Source: Proteromonas lacertae
Taxonomy: Eukaryota
Assembly (NCBI GenBank): GCA_002245135.1
Contig: NGBS01000616.1
Location: forward strand, 54,016-74,015
Direction: 5' to 3'
DNA length: 20,000 nucleotides
The translations under genes and the position numbers were made by a program. Shown in pieces: positions 9,564 to 20,000 of this stretch; positions within the stretch are counted from its first letter, which is position 1; each line of letters begins with the position of its first letter. The notes beneath the pieces are model-generated. The model ran no database searches and was not told the DNA's origin. It worked only from the letters and a program-made list of their open reading frames with translations.

Positions 9564-12500
9564 TTAGTTAATTTCATTTCTACACAACTCTTCATTCTTG
9601 ACTTTTTCATCACACCATTTCTTTCCTGCATAAGGATAACCAAAACAAATTCCAGGAATGCAACAACTAAAGAATGCTCTAAACCCTTTTCCCAGTAAAT
9701 TCTTTTCTATGACATCAATTATTGGTTGTGAATAAAAATCCTTCCTCACTTTTTTTAATTGTTTATAATATGTGTTATAGTTTTTAATTATTAATTCACA
9801 ATCAGTCTGACAGGTATTACAGAATTGGGATAAAGCATAATGGAATTTTTGTACAAATTCCATTTCTTCAGGAATATTTAAAAATATAAACTTATATTTT
9901 GATTTCATGTTATTTAATTGTTTTTTAATACTTCTGTACAATTTCCAATTCAAATTACCATGTTTACCATATTTTAATCTATCATAATCGTTGTGATATT
10001 TTGTATTGTATATAACATAGTCTTGAAATGTATAATGAGAATTAGACTCTTTTATAATATCAGAATAAAGAATTTGAATTGGTGAAGGGTGATATAATAT
10101 AAGAATTTCATATTTCCATAATAACAAATTCTTCACTATTCTATACATTGATTCTGCATTACTAACTTCTACTATTATACTTGATTCTTCTTTCTTTACT
10201 TCCACTTTTTCTTCTTTCTTTTCTTTATCAGGCATTGGAATATTTGTTTCTAATTGTGGAACATCAGGGATTGAATCTGGTATATTATTATCATCAACAT
10301 TACTATCTTTTGTTTCTCCTGTTGTTGTTTCTTCTGCATTTGTAGTTGGTGTTGTTATTGCTTCTACTGATGTTAATTCTTCATCTGGTTTTGATGTTTT
10401 ATCATCTTCTTTTATTGATTTTGTTGATTCACATACTGGTAATTCTATCTCTTTCTTTGATTCTTCTACAGTTAATCTACTTTTTGATTTTATTACTATC
10501 ATTGTTGTTGGAATTGGAGCTACTTTGGCAGATTTATTTCTCCTTATACTTTTAGATTTACTTTCAGATTCTGCTTCTTCTAATGGAAGAGGAGGAATAT
10601 CTAACAATTTATCCTGCATTAAACAGACTTGTTTTGAGCCACTTGGAGAATTGATTAATTCCTTTGATAAATCTACAGATTTTATCATTCTGTTCATTTT
10701 TGTTCTTTCTTCTCTAAAGTATTTTATATGAACATTAACAACTTTAGTATATTTATTATAAGCCATAATTATATTATGATAATGTCCATCTCGATCAAAT
10801 TGTTGAAAATGTGATACTAATTTTCCAATTTCATCTCGATATTTGAATAATTGTTTTTCTAAGAGTTTTGCTTTACTGATTACATCGTTCAATTGACTTT
10901 TTAAATAATCTAATCTTTCATTTGACTTTGTTATTTCATTCTTTGTTTTATCACTTATTTCATTAAATGGATTATCAGGAACACAGGTTTTTATTATGTT
11001 TAATAACAAAGTATAAACTAATAAATATATATTTCTATATCCTTCTAATATCAGTTGCTGTTTGTGTTTATATATTGGTAATAAATTACATTCTAAATCT
11101 ATTATTTCTTTTTCTACTAATATATTATATTTTACTTGAATTTTAACATCCAATTCTCTTATTTCTTGATATCTTTTCAATCCAAAACATAATGGATCAA
11201 TCACTGTATTCTCAATATTAGCATTTATAGGAGATAAATACCATGATTGAAAATTACTAGATAAATTCTCCATAATAGTGATGTAATTATGAATAGGATG
11301 GTTTTCTTCATCTTTTATAAATTCATCAATTTTATCATTTTCTTTTTCAAATGCTTCCATCGTGCTATTGAACAACTTCTCAATTTTTTCATATTTCACC
11401 CTCTTACTATTTAATACATCAGATAGTTTGTTAATTATATTTTCTATCATGATGAAATATTTCTCCATATGTTCTTTAGCATATTTGAAATAATTATCTA
11501 CTTGTGAAGTTATCTTTACTCTTCCATCCACTACATGTTCATGAAATTGCGTATTGTAATAATCTCCTATTCCAATACATCTCACTTTTTCTTCGCCAAA
11601 ATCTGGCTCTCCATTTTTACTTCTTCGATAAATATCTTCTGCATCTTCAAGAAGTATTTCAGCCATTTTTACCATCACTGGTCTTTTCAATCCTGGATTA
11701 TTTCTATCATCTTGTTCTAATACACAAAACCTATTTGCTAAAGCTCTCCATCCTTCTTTACAACCATTCTCACTCTTCATTTTATAGCATTCACATTCTT
11801 CATTAATTAGATAAAGAAATTGTTTTATTGATAAATCTGTTATTAATTCCACTTCACTTAATATTTCTTTTTCTGTTTCTTCTTTTCCTTCTATATTCGC
11901 ATCATTTTTTAACATCTCTCTATAACTGTTAATAATACATTGAAATGATTCTAATCTCATACTGTGAAATTCATGTTCAGCTAAAGCAGGATAGTAATGA
12001 GTCTTTTCATAATCACAACGTTCTAAATATTCCATAGCCATTTTTACATGTTTTAACTTATTCTTCTTATCTTCTAATACATCTTCAGCTTCTTTAACTT
12101 CAGCAATCGCTTTTTGCCAATCTGTGTATAGTAAACTACTCATCTTACTATCTTGAATTGCATAATTTCCATATGATTCAGCTTTATTGATAGCTTTATT
12201 TGCCTTTGAGATATATTTAATCTTATCTTTATGATCAATTTCACAATTTGCTTTATGTAAATACTCATCTGCTTTTTCAGACTGTTTATTAGCATTATTT
12301 CTATTTCTTTCTTCCATCCTCAACTGCTGTTGATATTCTTTATACACTCTTTCTTCATGTTCTTTAGCCCTAACTAATTTTTCTTCTGCAGATTCTATCT
12401 GAGATTTAAGTGGAAATATTCTATCCCTACATTTAAATTCAATTCTATTCAAATTTTTAAAAAAATCTTCTATATCTGGTCTTTGTATTTGCTTTTTAAC

Positions 12501-12569
12501 AAAAGCTAATTCATTCTCTTTACTGAATTCCGCTCTATAGATCTGAATTTGGTATTCGATGTATTGCAT
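9564..12569 (-). CDS. ~1000-aa uninterrupted coiled-coil protein of unknown function
   Basis: 3-kb stop-free ORF in AT-rich DNA, first ATG at 12569. E/K-rich heptads, a T/E/P-rich linker and a C-terminal FFSCCIPGICFGY motif. The true 5' end is uncertain. Confidence 0.8.
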   Translation of the reverse strand: MQYIEYQIQIYRAEFSKENELAFVKKQIQRPDIEDFFKNLNRIEFKCRDRIFPLKSQIESAEEKLVRAKEHEERVYKEYQQQLRMEERNRNNANKQSEKADEYLHKANCEIDHKDKIKYISKANKAINKAESYGNYAIQDSKMSSLLYTDWQKAIAEVKEAEDVLEDKKNKLKHVKMAMEYLERCDYEKTHYYPALAEHEFHSMRLESFQCIINSYREMLKNDANIEGKEETEKEILSEVELITDLSIKQFLYLINEECECYKMKSENGCKEGWRALANRFCVLEQDDRNNPGLKRPVMVKMAEILLEDAEDIYRRSKNGEPDFGEEKVRCIGIGDYYNTQFHEHVVDGRVKITSQVDNYFKYAKEHMEKYFIMIENIINKLSDVLNSKRVKYEKIEKLFNSTMEAFEKENDKIDEFIKDEENHPIHNYITIMENLSSNFQSWYLSPINANIENTVIDPLCFGLKRYQEIRELDVKIQVKYNILVEKEIIDLECNLLPIYKHKQQLILEGYRNIYLLVYTLLLNIIKTCVPDNPFNEISDKTKNEITKSNERLDYLKSQLNDVISKAKLLEKQLFKYRDEIGKLVSHFQQFDRDGHYHNIIMAYNKYTKVVNVHIKYFREERTKMNRMIKSVDLSKELINSPSGSKQVCLMQDKLLDIPPLPLEEAESESKSKSIRRNKSAKVAPIPTTMIVIKSKSRLTVEESKKEIELPVCESTKSIKEDDKTSKPDEELTSVEAITTPTTNAEETTTGETKDSNVDDNNIPDSIPDVPQLETNIPMPDKEKKEEKVEVKKEESSIIVEVSNAESMYRIVKNLLLWKYEILILYHPSPIQILYSDIIKESNSHYTFQDYVIYNTKYHNDYDRLKYGKHGNLNWKLYRSIKKQLNNMKSKYKFIFLNIPEEMEFVQKFHYALSQFCNTCQTDCELIIKNYNTYYKQLKKVRKDFYSQPIIDVIEKNLLGKGFRAFFSCCIPGICFGYPYAGKKWCDEKVKNEELCRNEIN

Positions 12570-13119
12570 ACCTAAATTCAAAAAATAACGAAATTTTCAA
12601 AAAGTTCGCTTTTTTAAATTTTTGAATAATATTAATTCTAGAAGTTTCTATATTTTATTTTTGGATCCCTTATAAGAACTTCGACATATTCTGTTCATCT
12701 ATATAATATACAAAGGTCCAATACAATGGTAAAGATTTATTTTGAATTCTATCATTAAATCGGCTATAATTCTCCATATCATCTACATATTATAACATTT
12801 AATATTTAAGTACATTATATAACGAGAATTGTTATCATTTCAAATGTATTCGTAATTATGTAAGATACTGATAATTATTTAACAATAAACTAATAACCAA
12901 TCAAATTATTTGTTATTCTAGTTAATCTTTTTTTTATCTCTTTTATTCATTTATTTCAATTTCTTTTGATTTCACCTTAATATCTTAACATAAATTATAA
13001 CACATTCACATAACATAACAAATTTTATTACAACTAAATATTATCGTCTTTCAATTACAAAATAAATTTTAAAATTTTGGTTATTGAAAATAAGTTTGAA
13101 TATGGTTTGCGAAAAACAA

Positions 13120-13137
13120 GAAACGAATAAATATTTT
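13120..13137 (+). promoter_or_regulatory. Putative core-promoter motif AAACGAAYAAAT(ATTTT)
   Basis: Also at 764-780 (+, before the La gene) and 9481-9493 (-, before GNB1L). Confidence 0.5.
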
Positions 13138-13149
13138 TATTCCTATTAA

Positions 13150-13597
13150 ATGAGTGTAAGGGTGATTGAAGCAACAATTGCATTGAAGAATGGAATAAAT
13201 GTGGATGGAATAGCTTGTTCAGACTATCGTAGTCATTTTTTGTTACTTGATAAATCTACTTCTTCAATTATATTCGTCCCTAATCACTCAATAAAATCAG
13301 TTGATAGTTGTATATAATAATTTTAAATTAAATAATGCGTAAATAGACTTAAGTGAAGCAAATACTGTTAAAGAAGAAAATGAGCCTGTGTTTTCAAGTA
13401 GTAAAGAATATTTAGAAGTAAAAAATAAGGTGATGAATAAATTGAAAGAATTTAAAATAGTTTTTGAAGAAAATGAAGAATCTCTTAGTTTATTTGATGG
13501 TTCAGTTAAAATAATACCTCCTTACAATGAATCATGCATAATATGTGATAATGAAATAATATTAAGCAAAATTAATGAAATTATTTTTTCTAATTAA
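13150..13597 (+). CDS. GEMIN6: Gemin6-like (Sm-like fold + AD domain) SMN-complex protein, 2 exons
   Basis: ATG at 13150. Exon 1 MSVRVIEATIALKNG...IIFVPNHSIKSV; intron ~13310-13346. Exon 2 ends VKIIPPYNESCIICDNEIILSKINEII, resembling Gemin6 LTIDPPY...SNEIILSRVQDLI. Confidence 0.65.
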
Positions 13598-13738
13598 TAA
13601 GGTGTTGTGTTTTTTCCTTATATTGTTTGTGTTTTATACTATTTTTTAATTCTCAATTTCCTCTTCCCAAGTAAATATGATCTTTCAAATCCACTACTAT
13701 TAGTTTTTACACACAATCGATTAGAAAAAATACAATAA

Positions 13739-15308
13739 TTAAATGTTATTAAAAGGATAATCATCATAATCTCCATATTCATCATCATCTTCTTCGTATT
13801 GATAATCTCCATATAGGTCTTCTCCATAAGGATCATCATCGTCTTCATATCCAAATCCATAGTATCCATATGGATCATCTTCATACCCATCATTATTACA
13901 TATTTGTGGAGGAGGAGGTGATGGTGGTGGTTTAGGTAATATTTTTTGTTTAATATCATCATCATCAATATTATCTGTAATAGATTGTTTTTCATTTTCA
14001 TCCATATTATTCTTTATATATTCGATTATATTAGATTTATCTTCAACAATATCATAATTTAGCATTTCCGTTAATAATTTACATCTACTTGATTTACTAA
14101 CAAATTCAATAGTTGAGTCTATTTATATGTAATAGAATCTTTAATATACTATCATCGAAGAAGTATGACAAACACTCTATAGCTATTAACTTTTCTTCTT
14201 CATTTCCTTCACATTCTTTTGTCAGTAATCCAATTAAACTTTCTTTTTCTTTATTATCAATTACTAATTTATCAGGTTTAATATTTAACATTTTAATTAT
14301 TCTAACTGTAGTTATTGCTTCACCTAAATTTATGCATTCTTTTAGATAATTACTAATTTCTTCTTTTATATTATCTAAAGATAATAAATATTCACAATCT
14401 TCATCTATTTCAATATATAATACAATCAAATATACACTGTATATTCTCTATTGAATCTAAATCTTTAAAACCATTTAATATCATCTCATTTAATAGTCTA
14501 ATCTTTGTTGATGGAATTCTAACATATTTTCGTTTTATTGGAGTTTGGGATTTGCTTCTCTTTATTAAATTCATATCTATTATATCCAAATCATCTTCTT
14601 CAATCTCGCGAATATCAATTTCTTTCCAGTTTAAATATTTCATCACTTCATTATACTTTTCTTCTTTATCTTCAATTCTTTCATTATTATCATGATAATG
14701 TATTAAAGTCTTTTCTAATAAATATTTCTCATTTGGAATTAATAGATTCTCAAGTGTAAGTATATTTTTAAATTGATCAAGATGTAAGGATTTAAATATT
14801 TCTTCATTATTAAGAAAAGAAATACAGTTCAAACTGATATAATCATTTATTTTACATTCTATATCTTCTAAATAGTTGTGTGGAATATATTCTATTACAT
14901 TCAATATATTCAGTACTAGATTGTCAGTTAAATGATTCAGAATATATATCTCACATTTGGATAATAAATAAACTTCATTCAAACAAATACAACATAACAG
15001 CAATTCACACACATTTTCTTCATCCACTTCGATTACTCCATACCCATAATACTCACATAACAATGAAAATGCTTTCTTCGTGATTTTGTCAGGAAGTGGT
15101 ATTTGAGTATCAGCATTTTCATCTTTTATTATACTCTTCAATCTTTGATTTGATACACATAAAATGGAAGATACAGCTGGTATTTCTTCATTCTCAATCG
15201 TCAAAACTATATCGTTATACCCTTCATTCAAAATTTTTGAATAGAGCCTAAACAATATGAATTAATGATAGTATACCCACATCTACCACTTTCATTTATC
15301 ACTCTCAT
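13739..15308 (-). CDS. BTB/POZ-BACK domain protein with Pro-rich linker and acidic Tyr-rich C-terminal tail
   Basis: ATG at 15308 (MRVINESGRCG), short intron, then NDIVLTIENEEIPAVSSILC...IPLPDKITKKAFSLLCEYYGYGVIEVDEENVCELL (BTB) and a BACK-like LHLDQFKNILTLENLLIPNEKYLLE. Further ~31-nt introns near 14405-14436 and 14119-14149. One apparent +1 shift near 14090-14118. Confidence 0.8.
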
Positions 15309-15532
15309 TTTTGACTTTCTGTATAGATGTCAAGCCTATTTCAAGCCTATTTTCAATGACCCAATTTTTTAAATATCAAAAAAGTCTTAATTGAAGTCAG
15401 TTATTATGTTATTTACATCAATATTATAATCATCATCAAATATATATATATATATAAACAAATAATAAAATACATAGATTTATTAATACACAATATTATT
15501 ACCTTATCAAAACTATCAATATTCATTATTCA

Positions 15533-17642
15533 TTAAGTTGCAAATTTTAATCGATAAGGATCACTCTGTGGAGGAACTAAAGGAGCTGGACTAGAAACAT
15601 CATTATTTTCACTTCGTTGAGTATTATTTCCACTTTTCGCACTATATGGAATTGATTGATCAGGAGTATAATAATCAGGATGTGGTACAGCAGGTGATTC
15701 ACTATAGTTCTTATCATGAATGGGAGGGAAACTAGTCACAGATTGAGCACTTTTTAAATCTCTAGCACTCCATGTTCCATGACTTTTACCTAATCGACTT
15801 TCAACTAATTTCTTATCTCTTTCTGCTTTTCCATCTTTCTCTTTTCAATACTTGTTTTATAAAATCGATTAGGAGTTGGAGAATCTTGAGGTAAGAAGTT
15901 TGAGAAGCGATTGTGCCTTCATCTGCTCCACAAGAAGCCATTACGGGAGATACACGATCACACATTAAACAACGATATACTACTTTTGCACCAGCTGGTA
16001 TACTATTAATATCTTCATCTTTAGATTGATTCTTATTTTCACTTCCTTTTGTTTCAACGATTGTTGGTCTTTCAACTATTTAGATAATAATAATAATAAT
16101 AATATACGAATAGCTTTTCGCAATTCTTCCATTTGTCTTTGTCTTTCTTTTTTAGCTTCATCATCTTGACCTTCAAGAGTTTCTTTCACATCATCTAATG
16201 ATTTAGATAAGTATGTCAATTCTCGCTTCAATGCTTCTAATACATCTTGAATTGATTCTAAAGCATCAACATCAGCTTTTCTTTTTAATCTCATATGAAA
16301 CTATCAAAGTCAACCTTTAATTTGATTTCTCTTTCTAACTCAGTTACTCTTTGTTCCACTTGATTCATCATTGATAAATCAGCTTTCTTACTCAATCTTC
16401 TCATTACACTATTCACATTCTCTTCTTGTCGATTTATTGAATCTTGGAGATTTTGAATTTCTTTTAAATAATCAGATTGTAATACACATTTATCGACTCG
16501 ATCTGTTAATTGTTTAGATTTTCTGTACTAGCTTTTGTATCTACTACATTACTTAACTGTTGATGGGAATTCTTCATCTCATCTATTGTCTTTTCTATCA
16601 TCGCTTGAGCTGCTAAGATATTCGCTAATGATGTTTTGAATCAGCTGATTGTTGAGCTACCATTTGAGATACTTGATCTCTTAATTTATATATTTCGATA
16701 TTCAATGCTTCATTGGAGGCTTTATCATCTAGAGTTTTTAAAATTGCACCAGTCTATTAAGAATATAATAATAATTATAACATATATATATTATTCATAC
16801 AACTTTATCTACTGTATCAAACTTTGTTTGATTCTTTTCTATATTAGATTTCACAGTTTTATCTAATTCATCTAAATGATGAGATAAGAAATCTGTTTGT
16901 GTGTCAAAATCTGATTTTAATGCACATTTTGATAAAGCATCTTCTAATTCATCCTTCATTCTTGCAATGTCTTTGCCAAAATCTTGAAAGTATCTTTCAT
17001 TTCTTTCTTAAGGATTCTGCTTGTCTTGACATTTGACTCTATAAATATATTTATAATGATCATATATATATACTTCATATCATTGCTGTGTATCTAAATG
17101 ACTTTTTAATGAATTTAAATCATTTACTCTCGCGCAGTCTTTTAAACTACCATCCAATCTCTATATATTATATTATTCACTTATATATATACATCAATAT
17201 CATCTTTTTTGGCTAATGTTCCATTTCTTCTTGTTGCTTTTTTAGATTCTCATTTAATTCATCAATTATACCATTTCAACTATTTAATTACAATATATAC
17301 ATCATACTCGGTCTATTTCTTCAGCTTGTTTGTCAAATTACATCTGCGCAGCTTTTAAATTAGCTGCACTTTCTTTTGCTAATTCTCCTAATTTATCTCC
17401 TATATAAACTCTGTTCTCAGCTTTGTATTGATCTAAATCTGAAGGTTTTACTCTATTAGCCATTTCACCAAATAAATTTCTATATTAGAATCCATCGTCA
17501 TAACTTTTCAACCAAATTTCTTCATAACTTCTGTAGCTTTGTAATTTCTACTAATCAGCATCTGAAGGAGCTAGACCTAACGCTTTCCATGACTATATAA
17601 TATAGTGTATAATTATGTATTTACTTCTTTATCTATATCCAT
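15533..17642 (-). CDS. Multi-exon coiled-coil protein with C-terminal RCLMCDR motif (DUF4795-like); many single-base indels (assembly error or pseudogene)
   Basis: ATG at 17642 (MDIDKE), then short GT-AG introns. Reconstructable heptad segments with recurring KAD/KAS/CAL motifs, KRKADVDALESIQ, and PAGAKVVYRCLMCDRV at ~15954-15998. The Pro-rich tail ends TAA at 15533. Confidence 0.65.
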
Positions 17643-17864
17643 TTTTATTGATTTTTCAATTGAATAACTGAAAAACGACAAAATAAACTTTAGGCTTGAT
17701 ATAAATAGTCGTTTCATTTTTTTAATAATTGATTTTCTTTTTATCTATGATGTATATGAAGAGAATAATATAAATTAGGATACAATTGGAAAGAAAAGAG
17801 TATGGATATATTTTTATTAATAATCACAATCTAAAATTAAAGAAGAAACGACTATATTTCAGAA

Positions 17865-20000
17865 ATGTCTTTTCAAATTCATGAAATAGAAGAGATTTTG
17901 AAATATAAACTACCGAAATTGAATGTATATGTATATAATATATGTATTAGATAAAAGAAAGGATTGAAAGAAGTGTAAATGAATTAGATTGTGTTGTAGA
18001 GAATGAAGATACTATTAGGGTTATGAAGATAATCGATGTTGGTGGAATGAAAGAGAAAAAGATAATAAACTACTCAGAGAACAACTCTTTGTTGTTAGAT
18101 TGTTGTTCATTTTACACTTGTCCATTTGAATTTCAAATAATCGGGCTAATTTGATGATATTAGAAAGAAGCAATTACATCAGAGATTTTGAAGAAGTAAT
18201 AAAATGTAAGACACTAACTAGAGGTGATATATGTGATATTTATGTTCAATCTGTGGTATTTTGATGATATTTTGTGAATATGATTTAATAGTTAGTGATT
18301 TGAAGAGTAGTAACATTATATATGAAGAAAATGATGATGTAAAGTTATGTGATTTATTCTTAAACACATTGAGAAAGAGGAAGATATGAGATCATATGAT
18401 ATATGCTTCAAAAGCCAGAAGAGTTGAATGGGTTAGAATGTAATGAAAGAAGTGTGATTTGGTCAATTGGATGTATATTATATGAAATGATTTGTAAGAA
18501 ATTACCATTTTGTGAAGATAATAATATGAATAAAACAAAAGAGAATATTCTCAGATGTAAATACATTTTAGATGTAGAATGTGATGATAGAATAAAAGAG
18601 ATGATAGAAAGAATGTTAAAAGTGAATAGTGAAGATAGAATGAGTTTAAAAGAGTTGGAAAAGAAATGATAAAAATGAATGAATTATTGAAAGAAGATGA
18701 TTATTTAATGATGTATAAAGAAAGAAAAGAAATATTGTATAGAAATGATAAATGTGCTCTTACACTTCCACTACTATTTCTACCAGAATATTATCTTAAA
18801 AGTGATAAATGGGAAGAAATTCGTGATGTTTTAATAGAAATCTACAACAGCAAACCAAATGAAAGAATACTATCAATTTTATTGATGATGAAATTATTAA
18901 ATATGATGAATCAATAAAAGATAAATTACATTTTCAAATTCATCATAAATGTAAAGGATATGAAGAGTGTTATTTAGATGAAATGATATTTAATATTGAA
19001 ACTGATAAGATTATGACGTTACAGTAGATTATAGGTGTATATGTTTATGTGAAGAAGGGATTAGTTATTTCTTCAAAATGCTGAATTAGTAAATCCAGAA
19101 AATCTATTAATCTGTATAATTTCTAATAATCTTGTTCATTTAGATTGTATAATAATTCCATTGGTGTATCAACCGCTGTTTGCATCATATTTAAGCCAAT
19201 TATCAAATCTACAAGAATTATGTCTAATATTTTGTTATCTTACTATTGATTTCATTGAATCATTTGTTAAATCAATTCCATATATGATAAAATTAAAGAA
19301 TATGAATTTCCATGTTTTATTATTCTATTTCAAATGCTATTGTGATATAGATAATCCAATTGGTGTAAAAGGATTTAAATTGTTACTTCCACATTTTCAT
19401 TTATTAATCAACAAAGATAATGAATTGTATTTTAGTGGTTTGAACTTAGATGATGAATTAATGATATTATTATCAGAAGAATTATACAAATATCCAAATC
19501 TTAGCATAATAAATATCCAAGAAAATAAAAATATTCATTCCAAAGGGTTAAAAGCCTTGTGTTCTATATTTCCTGTTTCAAAAATAGGTCTTGATATTAT
19601 TGAAAGAAAAGAATTACTGATTGACAAGATATTCCAAAATTCATCGAATGCATGGAGGAAACAGAATATCGCATTGATACATTAATCTAAGAAATTTAGA
19701 AATTGATGATGATTATTTGAAATCATTAATTTTATTAGAGCAAATGAATTAAGAAGAATAGAAAAGTTTGATTTGAGTTGTATAATTTGATATTTTTCTA
19801 CTATTTAGATAAAACTAACATGCAAAAGTATAGAAATACTAATCAACAATCTCTCTTCATTTTCAAGTCTTAAGTAATTCGATTAAAATGGAAATTTGAT
19901 AGGAGATGAAGGAATGAAAATTTTATCTCCACATTTACATTTATTAAAAGATGAATATAACACAATTGAATTGTTCTAGTATAATGATTATTGTTTAATA
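17865..20000 (+). CDS. Degenerate protein kinase domain fused to ribonuclease-inhibitor-like leucine-rich repeats (3'-truncated, frameshifted)
   Basis: DLKSSNIIY...VKLCD, QKPEELNG...SVIWSIGCILYEMICKKLPF...IERMLKVNSEDRMS (kinase subdomains VIb-XI). Then LSNLQELCL, NPIGVKGFKLL, LNLDDELMILL and LNGNLIGDEGMK LRRs. The start codon is tentative. Confidence 0.7.

Noticed and set aside
12820..13075. Possible ncRNA or mobile element in the longest intergenic gap
   Set aside because: No tRNA/snRNA motifs, terminal repeats or GC-rich stems are visible.
17338..17553. In-frame TAG TAG, TAA and TAA in a coding exon (reads DADQQKLQ...AAQMQFDKQ if Gln), suggesting a ciliate-type genetic code
   Set aside because: Repairing homopolymer indels gives a more coherent reading (DADLVEITKATEVMKKFG.KVMTMDSNIENLFGEM). 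The 984- and 1005-codon ORFs contain no TAA/TAG, and TAA terminates POP exactly at the conserved WYEAK end.
18655..18672. AAA TGA junction resembling Euplotes-type programmed frameshift
   Set aside because: The shift needed is -1, and it lies among many other homopolymer deletions. The other shift sites lack an adjacent stop codon.

Overview
This is an AT-rich, gene-dense eukaryotic window with about ten protein-coding genes and many very short GT-AG introns (about 26-47 nt). The short introns, a POP-type organellar DNA polymerase and a TGTTTGTT 3' motif suggest a Blastocystis-like stramenopile protist (inference). Genes in order: a partial polyQ/CxxC-CxxC protein; a La-motif protein with SF3B4/RBM7-type RRMs; an organelle-targeted POP (family A) DNA polymerase; WDR44-like; GNB1L/Asa1-like; an apparently intronless ~1000-aa coiled-coil orphan; Gemin6-like; a BTB-BACK protein with an acidic Tyr-rich tail; a DUF4795-like coiled-coil protein; and a partial degenerate kinase-LRR protein. 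Several genes carry single-base frameshifts, sparse on the left (extra bases) and dense beyond ~15.7 kb (mostly missing bases in homopolymers); these are most likely long-read assembly errors. The most interesting signals are recurrent upstream motifs near start codons (AAACGAAYAAAT, GGCTTGA, TTTGGTTATTGAAA), the La-motif/SF3B4-like RRM chimera, the Gemin6 homologue and the three +1 shifts in POP. An apparent TAA/TAG=Gln recoding was examined and rejected. No RNA genes, CRISPR arrays or mobile elements were recognised.
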